Shown piece by piece: positions 9,942 to 19,865 of a stretch of DNA of 53,953 bases. The stretch is taken from positions 1 through 53,953 of IMG/VR virus record IMGVR_UViG_3300005573_000115. One strand, 5' to 3'. Under the pieces are notes generated by a model. The model was not told where the DNA came from. It did not search any database and worked only from the letters and a program-made list of their open reading frames with translations. Numbering within the stretch: the stretch's first letter is position 1; each line of letters opens with the position of its first letter. The stretch is from a virus (Duplodnaviria > Caudoviricetes). The translations under genes were made by a program, and so were the position numbers.

Positions 9942-10583
9942 TCAGCCTCCGAAGGTGAAGGATTGGGGCGTCAGACTCACGCTTGTCGAAGTCACATAGG
10001 TTGAGGATGGAGAATACTGATAGGAGTCCACATGATCCCCGGTCACGACCAGGACGCGTTCATACTGAGTTGGTGTGTCCCGTGTGGTGCTCTCGTCGAG
10101 GGGCAGTAGTCCCGAGGCGGAGATCTGAGCGTTCATGAGACCCATCTGGGTTTCCATCCACTCCCTCTCCATGAGAAGACACCACTTCAGGATCATCTGA
10201 AGCCATAGAAGCTCTCTCTGATTGGGAGTCTGAATATGCACGGCATACACTGAGCGGAAGGGAGTCGCCAGGATATTCTGAGCGTCGGTTCCCTGACTTT
10301 GGCTACCTAGAATCATGACACCCTGAGAGGAGATCCACTGAGAGTCTCGGATCTCCTCCTGCGATTCTAGCTGGACCACGACGAGAGGCATCTGGAGGTT
10401 CGTCTGCGGAAGGGCTGTCATAGGAGAGATCGTGACCGCCGAGAGCCACGCCTGAATCGCCGTCTGTTCATCGGATGTGAAGAGGGAGAAGATGTCCGAC
10501 GTGTAGAACGCCGTATTTCCCTGAAGAAGAGACAGCCCGGCGTCCAGAGCGCCTTTCACGACAAGCTCACCGGGAAAGATCAT
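9942..10583 (-). CDS. Tail terminator/completion protein
   Basis: P..VVQLESQEE motif, size and position upstream of sheath. Confidence 0.6.
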   Translation of the reverse strand: MIFPGELVVKGALDAGLSLLQGNTAFYTSDIFSLFTSDEQTAIQAWLSAVTISPMTALPQTNLQMPLVVVQLESQEEIRDSQWISSQGVMILGSQSQGTDAQNILATPFRSVYAVHIQTPNQRELLWLQMILKWCLLMEREWMETQMGLMNAQISASGLLPLDESTTRDTPTQYERVLVVTGDHVDSYQYSPSSTYVTSTSVSLTPQSFTFGG

Positions 10584-11308
10584 GACTTCTTCCTCTTTTT
10601 TCGCTTCTTCTGCATAAGCTCCAGAACCATAGCCAGTTTGGCGATGGTGGACTCGCGTCCGCGTGGGGGGAGCATGACCTGTCCGAAATCAGGCTTGGGA
10701 GGGCTGAGGTGCATCGCTCGGGCAACCATGTCGGGCGAGAGCTTCACTGGGATCGAAACGTAAGGACGCCCTTTAAGAAGATCGGGCTTGAGGTCCCTCG
10801 GAGGGCTCACCTTGAAGACGGTGGTCGCCACCCGAACCTTTCCCGTCCTGTTTCGATAGGTGCGAACAATATTTTTCTCGTAAACCTTCGGAGGGTAAAT
10901 CCAGGACCCCGCAGGGGAGTGCGCCATCGACACCGTTCGCAGGACGACGGCCTCGCCCTTGCTGTTCCGATAGATTCTGTCGGGCGTCGGCGGAGTGACC
11001 CAGGTGTATCCTGAGAGGGTGTGAAGCCTGACGCGTCCCTTTTGGATGATCTCGTTCGTCCCGTACCGAACCTTGGGCTTCTCAATGATCTCTACGGCCT
11101 GCCAAGGCCCGAGAAACGCCCTGAGCGCCATCTCATCGACAGGAGACAGCTCCTCTCTTGCGAATTGTCGAAGCATCGCCCGATAGAGGTTCAGATAGAG
11201 CGAGACGTTCTTGGACCTGGAGCCCACCCCGATGCCGGGCTTTCGGGCCTTCGTCCATCCCTCCATGGTGGGGACCCAGACATTTCGCATGTAGCGAGTG
11301 GTCGCCAA
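10580..11308 (-). CDS. Neck/tail completion protein
   Basis: RTVS..SP.GSWIYP motif as in SPO1-like neck proteins; basic; synteny. Confidence 0.55.
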   Translation of the reverse strand: MATTRYMRNVWVPTMEGWTKARKPGIGVGSRSKNVSLYLNLYRAMLRQFAREELSPVDEMALRAFLGPWQAVEIIEKPKVRYGTNEIIQKGRVRLHTLSGYTWVTPPTPDRIYRNSKGEAVVLRTVSMAHSPAGSWIYPPKVYEKNIVRTYRNRTGKVRVATTVFKVSPPRDLKPDLLKGRPYVSIPVKLSPDMVARAMHLSPPKPDFGQVMLPPRGRESTIAKLAMVLELMQKKRKKRKKS

Positions 11309-11312
11309 GGCT

Positions 11313-12020
11313 TCAACTCTCCAGAATATTCGGGGCGTTCGGGTATTTGATGTGCCGCTTCCAGAGGATGACTCTCTGCCCTAGGTCGGTGGCCCTCTCG
11401 AATCTCTCCTGCGGAGGGATGTAGCAGACGTACTCGTAGAAGGTCGTGTATTTGATCGAGTAGACAGTCCCCAAAGCCGGAGAGGCTCCGATCCAGGTGA
11501 TCTGTCTGCCGGATGTCGTGTAGTCGGAGGGGTCGTAGGTCGTCACGGCCCCTGTGGACGGGTCCGACTGGGTGACGGAGATCACCTTGGCGACCTGATA
11601 CTGAAGGTCGTCGGAGACCCCTGCACCTCTCGCCACGTCCTGACCCATATAGGTCACTCCGTCAGGCCATTGAGGAATGATGAGGTCGAGATCCGAAAGC
11701 CGAGTCCCCACCCCCGGAGGCTGTGAGAACACAAGAGTCCCGTCGTCGATGAACCCTGGGGATTCCATGTCCTTGTCCTGAACGTACTTGGAGATGACTC
11801 CATGGATCGTCTGCGGCGGTGACATCACGAACCACCCCAGACCTCCGCAGACCTGGCAGGTCGGATCGGCCTGGGAAGGGTCTGGAATGGGGTTGGGATT
11901 GCCGAGAGAGTCCACCTGAGAGGTGCAGGAGCACCACATCCCCCTGTACCATGTGACCGCCTCGGAATGCCTCTGAAACCACTCACGAGCGAAACGCACG
12001 AACGTTCTAGAGTTGTTCAA
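11313..12020 (-). CDS. Head closure/neck protein
   Basis: W....CSC...CQVCGGLGW motif typical of SPO1-like head-closure proteins. Confidence 0.65.
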   Translation of the reverse strand: MNNSRTFVRFAREWFQRHSEAVTWYRGMWCSCTSQVDSLGNPNPIPDPSQADPTCQVCGGLGWFVMSPPQTIHGVISKYVQDKDMESPGFIDDGTLVFSQPPGVGTRLSDLDLIIPQWPDGVTYMGQDVARGAGVSDDLQYQVAKVISVTQSDPSTGAVTTYDPSDYTTSGRQITWIGASPALGTVYSIKYTTFYEYVCYIPPQERFERATDLGQRVILWKRHIKYPNAPNILES

Positions 12021-12026
12021 GAGAAG

Positions 12027-12446
12027 TCAGTTCTTTGAGACGACGTTCACCGTGACGAAGCCCCCGGAGACGGATGTGACATCCACCTGAAGCTGATCCA
12101 GTATCGCCTCGACCGTGTAGATCCCCATGGCTGTGATGGAGCCACTGGAGGCGGTCCCTGACACCACGGTCACGTTGAGCGGATAGAACTGGCCCCCCGA
12201 CCCCGGAATCGAGCCATAGATCGTGAGGGCGAAGGACGTGGCGCTGCCTGAAACCTCAAAGGTGTGGAAGCGATTGGGGCCGATCGGGACAGGTGCCTGC
12301 TCCCCAGCCACGCTGACATTGGAGGCCAGCGCGAACCCTTTCGGAGAAGCATCTGCGGCCTGCCGCCACATCTGATAGTTGAGGGCATGGTTGACTCCGT
12401 ACTCGTCCAGATCAGGACCGGGAACGCCGGGGTACTTCTCTGACAA
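12027..12446 (-). CDS. Hypothetical beta-rich virion protein
   Basis: 139 aa, Ser/Thr/Val-rich, within head-neck cluster. Confidence 0.6.
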   Translation of the reverse strand: MSEKYPGVPGPDLDEYGVNHALNYQMWRQAADASPKGFALASNVSVAGEQAPVPIGPNRFHTFEVSGSATSFALTIYGSIPGSGGQFYPLNVTVVSGTASSGSITAMGIYTVEAILDQLQVDVTSVSGGFVTVNVVSKN

Positions 12447-12830
12447 TTAGACGGCCCTCTTCTGGATCTTCTTCTTCCTAGGAGTCTCCGTCCTGGAGGG
12501 CTCGGGAAGATCGGTGAATGTCGGACGGAACTCCGGGGAGTCGATCACGTTGAGTTTATTCGAGAACGGGACGGAGACGTAGGGGCTGTTGGGACCGAAG
12601 GAGATGGTGTTCTCCTCGATAAAGCTGGAGGTGGCCTCTTCTCCCTCCGGCGCTTCGCCGAGGAGTTCCACTGAGCCCACAGTCAAAGGGAGCAGATACT
12701 CGGCGATCTCGTCATGAACGACAGCCGTGAAGTCGGGACGGAAGCGCACGATGAACCTGCGACCATCCTCCAGAGCACCGGAAAGGCTGACGTGATGACG
12801 AGGCGGCGGAGCGCTCTTCAGAAGTTTCAA
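12447..12830 (-). CDS. Hypothetical protein downstream of major capsid
   Basis: TTG 12830 behind SD AAAGGAG; the longer ORF-track call overlaps the capsid gene. Confidence 0.6.
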   Translation of the reverse strand: MKLLKSAPPPRHHVSLSGALEDGRRFIVRFRPDFTAVVHDEIAEYLLPLTVGSVELLGEAPEGEEATSSFIEENTISFGPNSPYVSVPFSNKLNVIDSPEFRPTFTDLPEPSRTETPRKKKIQKRAV

Positions 12831-12949
12831 GGCACTTTCTCCTTTCAAAATGGAATCCCCATACCCGCCCTCCCCCAAGGCGCAGACTCTCACGAGAGGA
12901 GGCGAGAGGGAAGGATCTGCGCCTGGGGTACTCACTAAGGAACTGCCAG

Positions 12950-14857
12950 CTAGAGAACGTTGCCGACTCCGCCAGGAAGACCGGCGGTGTTGAGACGACC
13001 GATGTTCTTCACCAGGAAGAGCCGCTGTGGAGCCTTGACGACGAGTGCGTGATAGAGCAGAACGAGCCACTCCACCGTGGTGCTCTGGATCGCCAGAGGC
13101 CACTTGAGCATCGGCAGCATCTGGGCGATGGCGAGGTTCGAGGGAGTACGCTCCAGAACCAGGATCATGCCCTGCTGAGGCCGCCAGGAGTTCGTATCCG
13201 TATAGGTCACGGCATTTGAGCCGTTGGCCGCCACGATGGCAATGCATCCGGTGGCTGAGTCGTAGGGGTTGTTGACGGTGCCGCGGTAGATAAAATACTT
13301 CGTCACCGGCTGGCCGTTCGAGCTACCGGGGGTGATCGTCGCAGTGACGACCTGACCGACCGAGACGACTACCGACTGGGAAGCGGAGGCTACCGACTCG
13401 CCCGAGTCGTTGGCCGCCGTGACCCAGTAGTAATAAGTCCCGGCGTCAGAGGCCCCAGCGCCGTTCGTGCCTACGAAGTCGGAGACGGTGCCGCCCGTGG
13501 GGGCTCCCGCCTGCAGCGCTACAGTCGGGGTGGCGGGGGACTGCTGACCTGCGGCGAGAGGAGGTTGGTCGGTGAAGCCCGCCCTCTTCAGGAAGATGTC
13601 GTAGGTGAAGGGGATGAACCCGAAGTTCGTCTGGTGCCCCGTGAGAGGAGCGCCAGAGTAGAACCCACGATACGGCTCCTGAAGAAGCGGTTTATACTCC
13701 TCAACGAACTTGATCTTCGCGAGGTCTTCCAGTACACTCGGCGACATGAACGCCCTGACGTTGCGGAAGTCCACGAGGAAGGCCCTCTCCGCCAGGATGC
13801 GACCGATACCCTCGAAGATCTGGAAGTCAGGGGGAGCACCCATGAGGTCGATGACGTTCTGGCCACCCGTGTAGTAGTTCGGCATCTGGTTCTGGGTGTT
13901 GCCGTCCACATACTGGGTGCCGTTCTCCAGAGCGAGCACGAGGCCGTCATAGTTCACGGTGTTTCCGCTGTTGTCGGGGATGTTGTGGTCGCCCCAGACG
14001 AAGTTCTTCTCGATTCGGGAGAGGAGCTGAAGAGCGCCGTCTCGGTTCTCTTCCTTCACGGGATCGACCATCGCGCCGCCGAGCTGTCCAGTCAGCGCCA
14101 TCTGGTGGGTGATACCACGCCGGACACCGAACCATCTCACGTAGATCTGGTTGCGGCTGAACTGTGCTGTGCCACCGGCCGGGGAGCCGCCTTCCATAAA
14201 GGCCGCCGATCCACGGTCGTCACCGTAGGCGAGACGGTCCACCCATTCGTAGAGCGGCTGGATCGAGGGGACTCGCTCAAACCAGTTCCACTTGACAAGG
14301 TGCTGCGCCTCGAACAGAACAGAGGTCATGGTGGCGTCCAGGTTCTGAAGTCGGAGGGGAGTGTCGTCGCCATAGCCGGAGCCGATGTTCTCGGTTGCCA
14401 TGGCCTTGGCGAGGTCGGCGAGCGTCTGGTCTCCCTGGAAGGTGGGTCCGAAATACTCCCGACCGAGGTTCTGATTGAATCCGAGCGACTTTCCGAAGCG
14501 AGATCCTGCGGGCTGTCTGCCGGAGGCGACATCCATGAGGTTCCAGAACCCAGGGTTGGACTGGTAGAGCGCTTCCTCGTAGGCGATGAGATGGCGATCC
14601 CCGGTGAGACGGCGAGCCCAGACGGCGTTGGCCTTCTTGAGCACGGCGTCGTAGGTGCGCGGGATAACTCGCCCGGTTGCGGGATCGATGTCCGTGGCCG
14701 CACCGGCGCGCGTGAAGTCAGAGGCGGCCTCCAGAGCGAGCGCCTTGTTCATCCGGGCGTTCTGACTGGCCGCCACGCCCCGATACGGGTTGTTGTCACG
14801 GCTGGAGCCAATGTCGGCCATTACGCCGTTGCCCGAGGGGACGTTCAGAGCATCCAA
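12950..14857 (-). CDS. Major capsid protein (SPO1/Herelleviridae-like) with inserted beta-sandwich domain
   Basis: PLRLQNLDATM, FMEGG.P, IEKNFVWGD, YDGL motifs; insert GTYYYWVTAANDSGES..YFIYRG..YTDTN; TTG 14857 behind SD AAGGAGG. Confidence 0.9.
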   Translation of the reverse strand: MDALNVPSGNGVMADIGSSRDNNPYRGVAASQNARMNKALALEAASDFTRAGAATDIDPATGRVIPRTYDAVLKKANAVWARRLTGDRHLIAYEEALYQSNPGFWNLMDVASGRQPAGSRFGKSLGFNQNLGREYFGPTFQGDQTLADLAKAMATENIGSGYGDDTPLRLQNLDATMTSVLFEAQHLVKWNWFERVPSIQPLYEWVDRLAYGDDRGSAAFMEGGSPAGGTAQFSRNQIYVRWFGVRRGITHQMALTGQLGGAMVDPVKEENRDGALQLLSRIEKNFVWGDHNIPDNSGNTVNYDGLVLALENGTQYVDGNTQNQMPNYYTGGQNVIDLMGAPPDFQIFEGIGRILAERAFLVDFRNVRAFMSPSVLEDLAKIKFVEEYKPLLQEPYRGFYSGAPLTGHQTNFGFIPFTYDIFLKRAGFTDQPPLAAGQQSPATPTVALQAGAPTGGTVSDFVGTNGAGASDAGTYYYWVTAANDSGESVASASQSVVVSVGQVVTATITPGSSNGQPVTKYFIYRGTVNNPYDSATGCIAIVAANGSNAVTYTDTNSWRPQQGMILVLERTPSNLAIAQMLPMLKWPLAIQSTTVEWLVLLYHALVVKAPQRLFLVKNIGRLNTAGLPGGVGNVL

Positions 14858-14889
14858 TTCATTTCCTCCTTGTATGGTATGCAATTTTC

Positions 14890-16029
14890 CTACTCAACCG
14901 GAATGTTGAGAGCGGTGATCTGCTCGGGCGTGAGGGTGGATTCGACCCATTCCCTGGCCGAGTAGTTCTGCATCCTGAAGGCGTCGAACTCGGCAACGGC
15001 GTCGGGGGATACGATCCCTCGGACCATACCGTTGTAGAGGGCCTTGCGGATGATATTATCCGAGATCGGGGCCTTCTCGGTCTTGGCGGTGGCATTGGAC
15101 TTGGTTACGGCAGGGAACATTCCAATCCCGGCCATAGGCTGGTTAGCGACCTCGCTGTCTCGACTCTTCGCCATCTCGACCAGAACGCCGGACTGTGCCT
15201 TCTGGACCTTCTCAACCTGATCGAGACGCTCGTTCAGGCTCTTGATGAGACCCTGAACGCCGTCGAGATGAGCACCCAGCACATCGGTGAGATGTGCGAG
15301 GGCGTCGGAGGCATCCACGATGGCCGCTGTCTCCTTGGACTTGGCGATGTCTCGATAGAACGCTTCACGCAAGCTCTTCTTTCGACCCTCCTTGGCGTCA
15401 GCGCTGGAACGGACACGACGACCCATGTTGGTGATAATGGTCTTGTCGTCGCCGGAACCGGGGGCGTCCTCCTCAGCCGGGTCCTCGAAGTGGCCGTGGA
15501 GATCCTCGTCGTCCTTGTTCCAGTCGTCGTCGTAGATGTAGGCGCGCTGACTCTCGTCGATGGCGCGCTCGGCGGCGTCCTCATGCCCCTTGCGGGACTT
15601 GCGGGCCTTCATGCACTCGGCGCACTTGCAGGTCTCGTCATGGAGGCTCTTGTCCGTGCGCCTCTCATCCTCGCCGTCGTCGCCCTCGTCCTGGCGGGAC
15701 TCGAACATCTTCTCGCCCTCTCTGTGACGGCGGGACTTCTCCTCCTCATCCTCGCCGTTGTCCTCGCGTCGGGCCTTGTTGGCGTGCTCGACCCGGCGCT
15801 CGGCGGCGGCCTGGGCGTGTTCGTCCTCGGTGTCTCGGGGCTCTCCTGACGTGCCCTCCCATCGAACGCTCCTGTCCGCTTCGCCTCCCTCGTCAACGTG
15901 ACGGGGAGCTGCGGGGTCAACCTGGCCTCGGTGGGACTTCACGAGGGCCAGTACGGACTTGGCAAGAGCCGAGAGCGCCTCGTCCTTGGTGCCGTTCACC
16001 TCGGCGTCCAGCTCCTTATTGAGGTCCAA
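14890..16029 (-). CDS. Scaffold-like acidic/coiled-coil protein
   Basis: Highly charged, several xxKS motifs, between protease and capsid; TTG 16029 behind AAAGGAG. Confidence 0.65.
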   Translation of the reverse strand: MDLNKELDAEVNGTKDEALSALAKSVLALVKSHRGQVDPAAPRHVDEGGEADRSVRWEGTSGEPRDTEDEHAQAAAERRVEHANKARREDNGEDEEEKSRRHREGEKMFESRQDEGDDGEDERRTDKSLHDETCKCAECMKARKSRKGHEDAAERAIDESQRAYIYDDDWNKDDEDLHGHFEDPAEEDAPGSGDDKTIITNMGRRVRSSADAKEGRKKSLREAFYRDIAKSKETAAIVDASDALAHLTDVLGAHLDGVQGLIKSLNERLDQVEKVQKAQSGVLVEMAKSRDSEVANQPMAGIGMFPAVTKSNATAKTEKAPISDNIIRKALYNGMVRGIVSPDAVAEFDAFRMQNYSAREWVESTLTPEQITALNIPVE

Positions 16030-16052
16030 ATTCCAATCTCCTTTCATACCGT

Positions 16053-16832
16053 TTAGGCGTAGATTCCGTGATAGATCAGTTTCAGGATGTTGGCGGCGGC
16101 CTGCGGCTCATACCCACGACAGGAGATCATGTGGTTCAGAGCACCCTGGACGCCTCCCCTGAAACGCTTGGTGGACGGGTTGTAGTGACCTTCGTGGCAT
16201 TCTCCCCAGATGAGGTCGGTGACACCTGCGTCGAGATTTTGATTGAGGAGCGCCGTGTCTGAAGTCGTCATGGCGCTGGACATAGGGAATCCGACGAGGG
16301 ATTTGGTCATTGACTTGACAAGATCGGTCCATGTGAAGGGGTTGACCGGCTCGTGAGTGAAGGCGATCATGTCGATCACACACTTCTCGATCCGGTAGCC
16401 GTCCAGAACGATCTTCTCGCCCTCGACGGAGAGACCCAACTTTCTGACGGGTCCGCCCGCCTCTGTGACCTCCGACATGGAGCGCATCAGGTCTCTGATG
16501 GCCCTCGCCCGCTCGACATGCGGGTAGAGAACACCTTGGATGAAGAGGGCTGGTCCGTCTGTGATCTCCGCTCTGAGCGGAGCGGCCACTTGGTCTTCCG
16601 GGTTATGAGAGTGGTTCCAGTTGAAGTAGCCCGATGCCAGGAAGGGTCGAAAGTCGATCCCCTTCTGGACCACAACCTCGCCTTGGATGTCCCGATCCTC
16701 CGTGGAGGCGATGCCGTAGAAGACCCACTCCCGAAGCTCCTCCGGGATGTCCTCGGCTGGAGCGGCTTGGGACTTCGAGAGAGGAGCCCCGTAGAGCGGC
16801 ACGGTGAGGGTGAATCGCTCACGGGTCTCCAA
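16053..16832 (-). CDS. Prohead protease
   Basis: GIASTEDRDIQGE, FNWNH, LGLSVEG, AFTHEPVNP motifs. Confidence 0.9.
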   Translation of the reverse strand: METRERFTLTVPLYGAPLSKSQAAPAEDIPEELREWVFYGIASTEDRDIQGEVVVQKGIDFRPFLASGYFNWNHSHNPEDQVAAPLRAEITDGPALFIQGVLYPHVERARAIRDLMRSMSEVTEAGGPVRKLGLSVEGEKIVLDGYRIEKCVIDMIAFTHEPVNPFTWTDLVKSMTKSLVGFPMSSAMTTSDTALLNQNLDAGVTDLIWGECHEGHYNPSTKRFRGGVQGALNHMISCRGYEPQAAANILKLIYHGIYA

Positions 16833-16844
16833 GCGAGTGACCTC

Positions 16845-17228
16845 CTAGTACGCGAACACAATGGTGAAGTTCTGACTGGCGGCAGTCGAGGCGACCGTGA
16901 AAGTCACCTCTCCGCTCGCCACGCTGACTCCCCCATCGGCGACATAGGCATTGCCCTGGACGGAGAACAGGACGGCATTCGCAGCAGTCGTGACGAGACC
17001 GCCCGTTTCGGACGTGACGGTGACGGTCGTACCGGCGGTGGCGTTCGTCGTCCCCGTGACCGTTCCCGTGCGGATGATCGCCCCTGATGTCGCCCCTGCG
17101 AGAAGACCCGTTCCCGAGGTCGATCCGTTCGTCAGATCGTAGAGGATGTCCCCTACATGAGCATCGGCGAAGGATCTGGGGGCCGGGTGACGGTCGAGCA
17201 TCAGACGCTGGCCGTTTGTGATCGGCAA
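16845..17228 (-). CDS. Putative head decoration/fibre protein
   Basis: 127 aa Thr/Gly/Val-rich, SD GAGGTG, TTG start. Confidence 0.5.
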   Translation of the reverse strand: MPITNGQRLMLDRHPAPRSFADAHVGDILYDLTNGSTSGTGLLAGATSGAIIRTGTVTGTTNATAGTTVTVTSETGGLVTTAANAVLFSVQGNAYVADGGVSVASGEVTFTVASTAASQNFTIVFAY

Positions 17229-17531
17229 TCAATTCACCTCTTTGTCGTTTTTCATTCGTCGGAAAGCCTCCTCAAAGTGAAGGCTCATGGACCCCTTCAG
17301 GGGTACAAGGGTGGATCGGGCGTAAGTGATGGTTTCGGCCACCGAGGGGCTGATCGCGACCTCACGGCAGAAGGAGCACCACACCGCCGGGACATCGATG
17401 AGAAAGAGGCCCCGCTTGGCGTTCTCCGTCAGCACGGAGGTGGGCGACCCTGGGCGACCGTCCTCTCCCTGCATCACATTCACCGTAATAGGGAACGAGG
17501 TCATCGGTCTCCCGCATCCGGGACATCTCAC
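17229..17531 (-). CDS. YgiT/MqsA-type zinc-finger protein
   Basis: CPGCG...DVPAVWCSFCRE. Confidence 0.65.
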   Translation of the reverse strand: MRCPGCGRPMTSFPITVNVMQGEDGRPGSPTSVLTENAKRGLFLIDVPAVWCSFCREVAISPSVAETITYARSTLVPLKGSMSLHFEEAFRRMKNDKEVN

Positions 17532-18928
17532 AGAACGGTGGCGGTCAGGCCGCCGAAACGCTTGCGAATGGCGATCAGGTTCGAGTTGCGGCCCTGATCG
17601 TCACCGTACAGCCATCGCCGATACTCTCTGGCGAGCGAGGCTCCTGGAAATCCCTCCTCGAAGGCCACGTCCTCCACCACCTGATCTCTGGAGATCCTGC
17701 GAGACTTCGCGCCCCCGGCGTAGGAGAGCCCCGCCTGCTTGATGAGATCGAGAGCCCCTCGCTTGGCGATGGCCTCCCGAACGATGGCGTAGTCCCCGTC
17801 GAGCGTCCTGAGACCCGATGTGATCCAGTAGTGCCAGAAGGACGGAATGTGGTTGTAGATGAACAGAAACTGAAGCATGGCGGACTCATAGAACTGCCAT
17901 GTCACGATGGCTCCGTTGGAAGGGACCAGCTCCAGCTCGCCGTTCATCTCATTCCACACGATCCAGTCGAGCGTGATGTCCAGCGTGAGGGTCGAGTTGA
18001 AGTACCCAGTCAGGTTATGGACCTTGACGAGGCGCTTGTACGGCATCTGCACGGACATCCAGCGCATGAAATCCTTGGGGCGGTAGTACGAGACGGGGAT
18101 GGCCGTCACATCCGCCCATCCGGTGAGAACGTTCGTCTCCGGTCCCTGCGCCAGGGTGTTCGGGTCCGTAGCCACATAAGTCGGCTCGGCGAAGAACCAG
18201 ATCTTCTGCTCGACACCGTTCTGCCCATAGTCCAGGAGACGCTGAACCGTCTCGGTCGTTATCGGGAGATCGTCCACGATGAGGTTCTCCTGAGTGTCGG
18301 CGGCTGGCATGAGTTGCGAAACCGTCTTGACCTCGATGAACTGCTCGTTCGACGCGTCCAGAAGAGACAGACGGGAGACGCCTGCCGGAACCGTCACAGT
18401 GGCTCCGCCGTTCCAGGAGAGCGTCTGAGGGTTCGCCTTGTAGACGAGGGTGTAGACGCCCTTCAGATGGTAGTCCGGCACACGCTCCACCGTGACGCCG
18501 GTGACGATCTGAGGCTGTCGAACGACGCCCACCTGGGACGTGGACCACAGGTTCACGCCGTTCAGCCACACGCTTCGCATCTCATCGGTCGTCACGACCG
18601 AGACGCGAAAGGTGGGGGAGGCGACGGTCCCGGAGATCCCGGTCGCGCCTGCGGCCTGCACCTGATAGAGACCGTGCCGAGCGACGTTGATCCCGTCCAC
18701 GTCCGTGCAGTCGGAGAGAGGGATGACCTGCGTGTAGGTGGTCTGCCCAGCCGACAGGGTGACGTTCGTGGTCCACACGATCCCGTATCCGTCCATGCGG
18801 ACGAGGGAGAGAGCGAAGGTGTCGCCAGCTTCGGCTCCCTGGATGAGACAGGTCGCCGTCACGTCCTTGTAATTTGGGGAATAGATAGAATACTCGTCGT
18901 TGTCCACGAGTATCTGAAGGGAGGTGAT
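17528..18928 (-). CDS. Head-tail adaptor with N-terminal extension
   Basis: C-terminal IPSFWHYWITSG..EAIAKRGALD..SRD segment resembles SPO1-like adaptors; first canonical start GTG 18907 lacks an SD, ATC 18928/18934 follows AAGGGGAG. Confidence 0.6.
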   Translation of the reverse strand: MTSLQILVDNDEYSIYSPNYKDVTATCLIQGAEAGDTFALSLVRMDGYGIVWTTNVTLSAGQTTYTQVIPLSDCTDVDGINVARHGLYQVQAAGATGISGTVASPTFRVSVVTTDEMRSVWLNGVNLWSTSQVGVVRQPQIVTGVTVERVPDYHLKGVYTLVYKANPQTLSWNGGATVTVPAGVSRLSLLDASNEQFIEVKTVSQLMPAADTQENLIVDDLPITTETVQRLLDYGQNGVEQKIWFFAEPTYVATDPNTLAQGPETNVLTGWADVTAIPVSYYRPKDFMRWMSVQMPYKRLVKVHNLTGYFNSTLTLDITLDWIVWNEMNGELELVPSNGAIVTWQFYESAMLQFLFIYNHIPSFWHYWITSGLRTLDGDYAIVREAIAKRGALDLIKQAGLSYAGGAKSRRISRDQVVEDVAFEEGFPGASLAREYRRWLYGDDQGRNSNLIAIRKRFGGLTATVL

Positions 18929-18943
18929 TTGGATGTCTCCCCT

Positions 18944-19243
18944 TCAAGACTGGTAGATTCGGTGCGTCGGGTAAAGAGCGGTGAGAGTTTCCATGTCGGA
19001 CTGGGTGATATTGCGGAATCGCACATAGGAGCCGAATCGGAGGACCTTGGCGGCCATAGTCATATACGACATGAACGAGTCCCAGAACGGCTGGCCTGTC
19101 TGAGTGACGCCTGTGAAGTCCAGGACAACCGGGCGGTCCCCGTAGGAGGTTGCATACCGTCCGACAGTCGCCCCATCAGTCCAGTCGAGAGTCGTCTTCC
19201 CCGTCAGACCCAGGACGTTCAGGAGGACGACCTTTCCGAACGT
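18944..19243 (-). CDS. STAS-like (DUF4325-like) small protein, not in ORF track
   Basis: 99 open codons filling the gap; VVLDFTGVTQTGQPFWDSF...VRFRNI; no ATG/GTG/TTG near the 5' end (CTG 19222 behind GGAAAGGT). Confidence 0.55.
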   Translation of the reverse strand, partial: TFGKVVLLNVLGLTGKTTLDWTDGATVGRYATSYGDRPVVLDFTGVTQTGQPFWDSFMSYMTMAAKVLRFGSYVRFRNITQSDMETLTALYPTHRIYQS

Positions 19244-19834
19244 CTACACCACGTCCTCAAGCTGCTGACCGGGGAAGGCCCCCCGCTCGGCATGCTCGGA
19301 CTTCTCCTCACGAGATGCCCTCATGCCATCCGGCAGATCTACGCCGATCCCCTTCTTCGTCCCCTCGTGAAGCTCGATGCCGTGCTTGGAGGCAAAAGCC
19401 TTGATACGACGCTTCACAGCGGCTCCGTGGTCGCTGTACTTGTCGGCGTTGCGCCTGACGTTGATGTAGTCCCATGCATGAATGATCCGCTCCCTGGAGG
19501 GCTTTCCCCCTTCGGTCAGCGGGTAGGAATGGTGCTCAGGGTCGGCGAAGGTCTCCTTGGAGCCGTACTCGTGCTCCTTATTACGATTGACCTCTTCCCA
19601 GTCCTCGGCGGTTCGGGCGTCGGCCATGACCGCCTCGCTCTCGCGGGCGTGGCGAAGGAGAGAGTTGGTGATCTCCATGGCCCTGCGCCACACCTCTTCG
19701 TTGCCAGCCTTCCTGAGCCACCCTCGGAAGCCGGTGTACCGACAACTCCTGTAAAAATCTCTAAATTCGATGCTCCTCACGCCCCTTCCGATGAATCCTC
19801 GATCCAGACTGATGCGCGGAATGCCCAGCGTCAC
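19244..19834 (-). CDS. DUF6582-like head-region protein
   Basis: YG...FADPEHHSYPL...IIHAWDYI...KY...VKRRIKAFASKHGIE; start uncertain. Confidence 0.6.
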   Translation of the reverse strand: MTLGIPRISLDRGFIGRGVRSIEFRDFYRSCRYTGFRGWLRKAGNEEVWRRAMEITNSLLRHARESEAVMADARTAEDWEEVNRNKEHEYGSKETFADPEHHSYPLTEGGKPSRERIIHAWDYINVRRNADKYSDHGAAVKRRIKAFASKHGIELHEGTKKGIGVDLPDGMRASREEKSEHAERGAFPGQQLEDVV

Positions 19835-19865
19835 TACGACTTGAGCCTAGGGTGTCTTATGGCCG

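Noticed and set aside
13565-14965. 466-aa plus-strand ORF
   Set aside because: Antisense to the major capsid gene
19244-19246. Genome-wide TAG recoding
   Set aside because: TAG cleanly ends capsid, scaffold and tape measure genes just before the next gene or spacer; only local read-through remains possible
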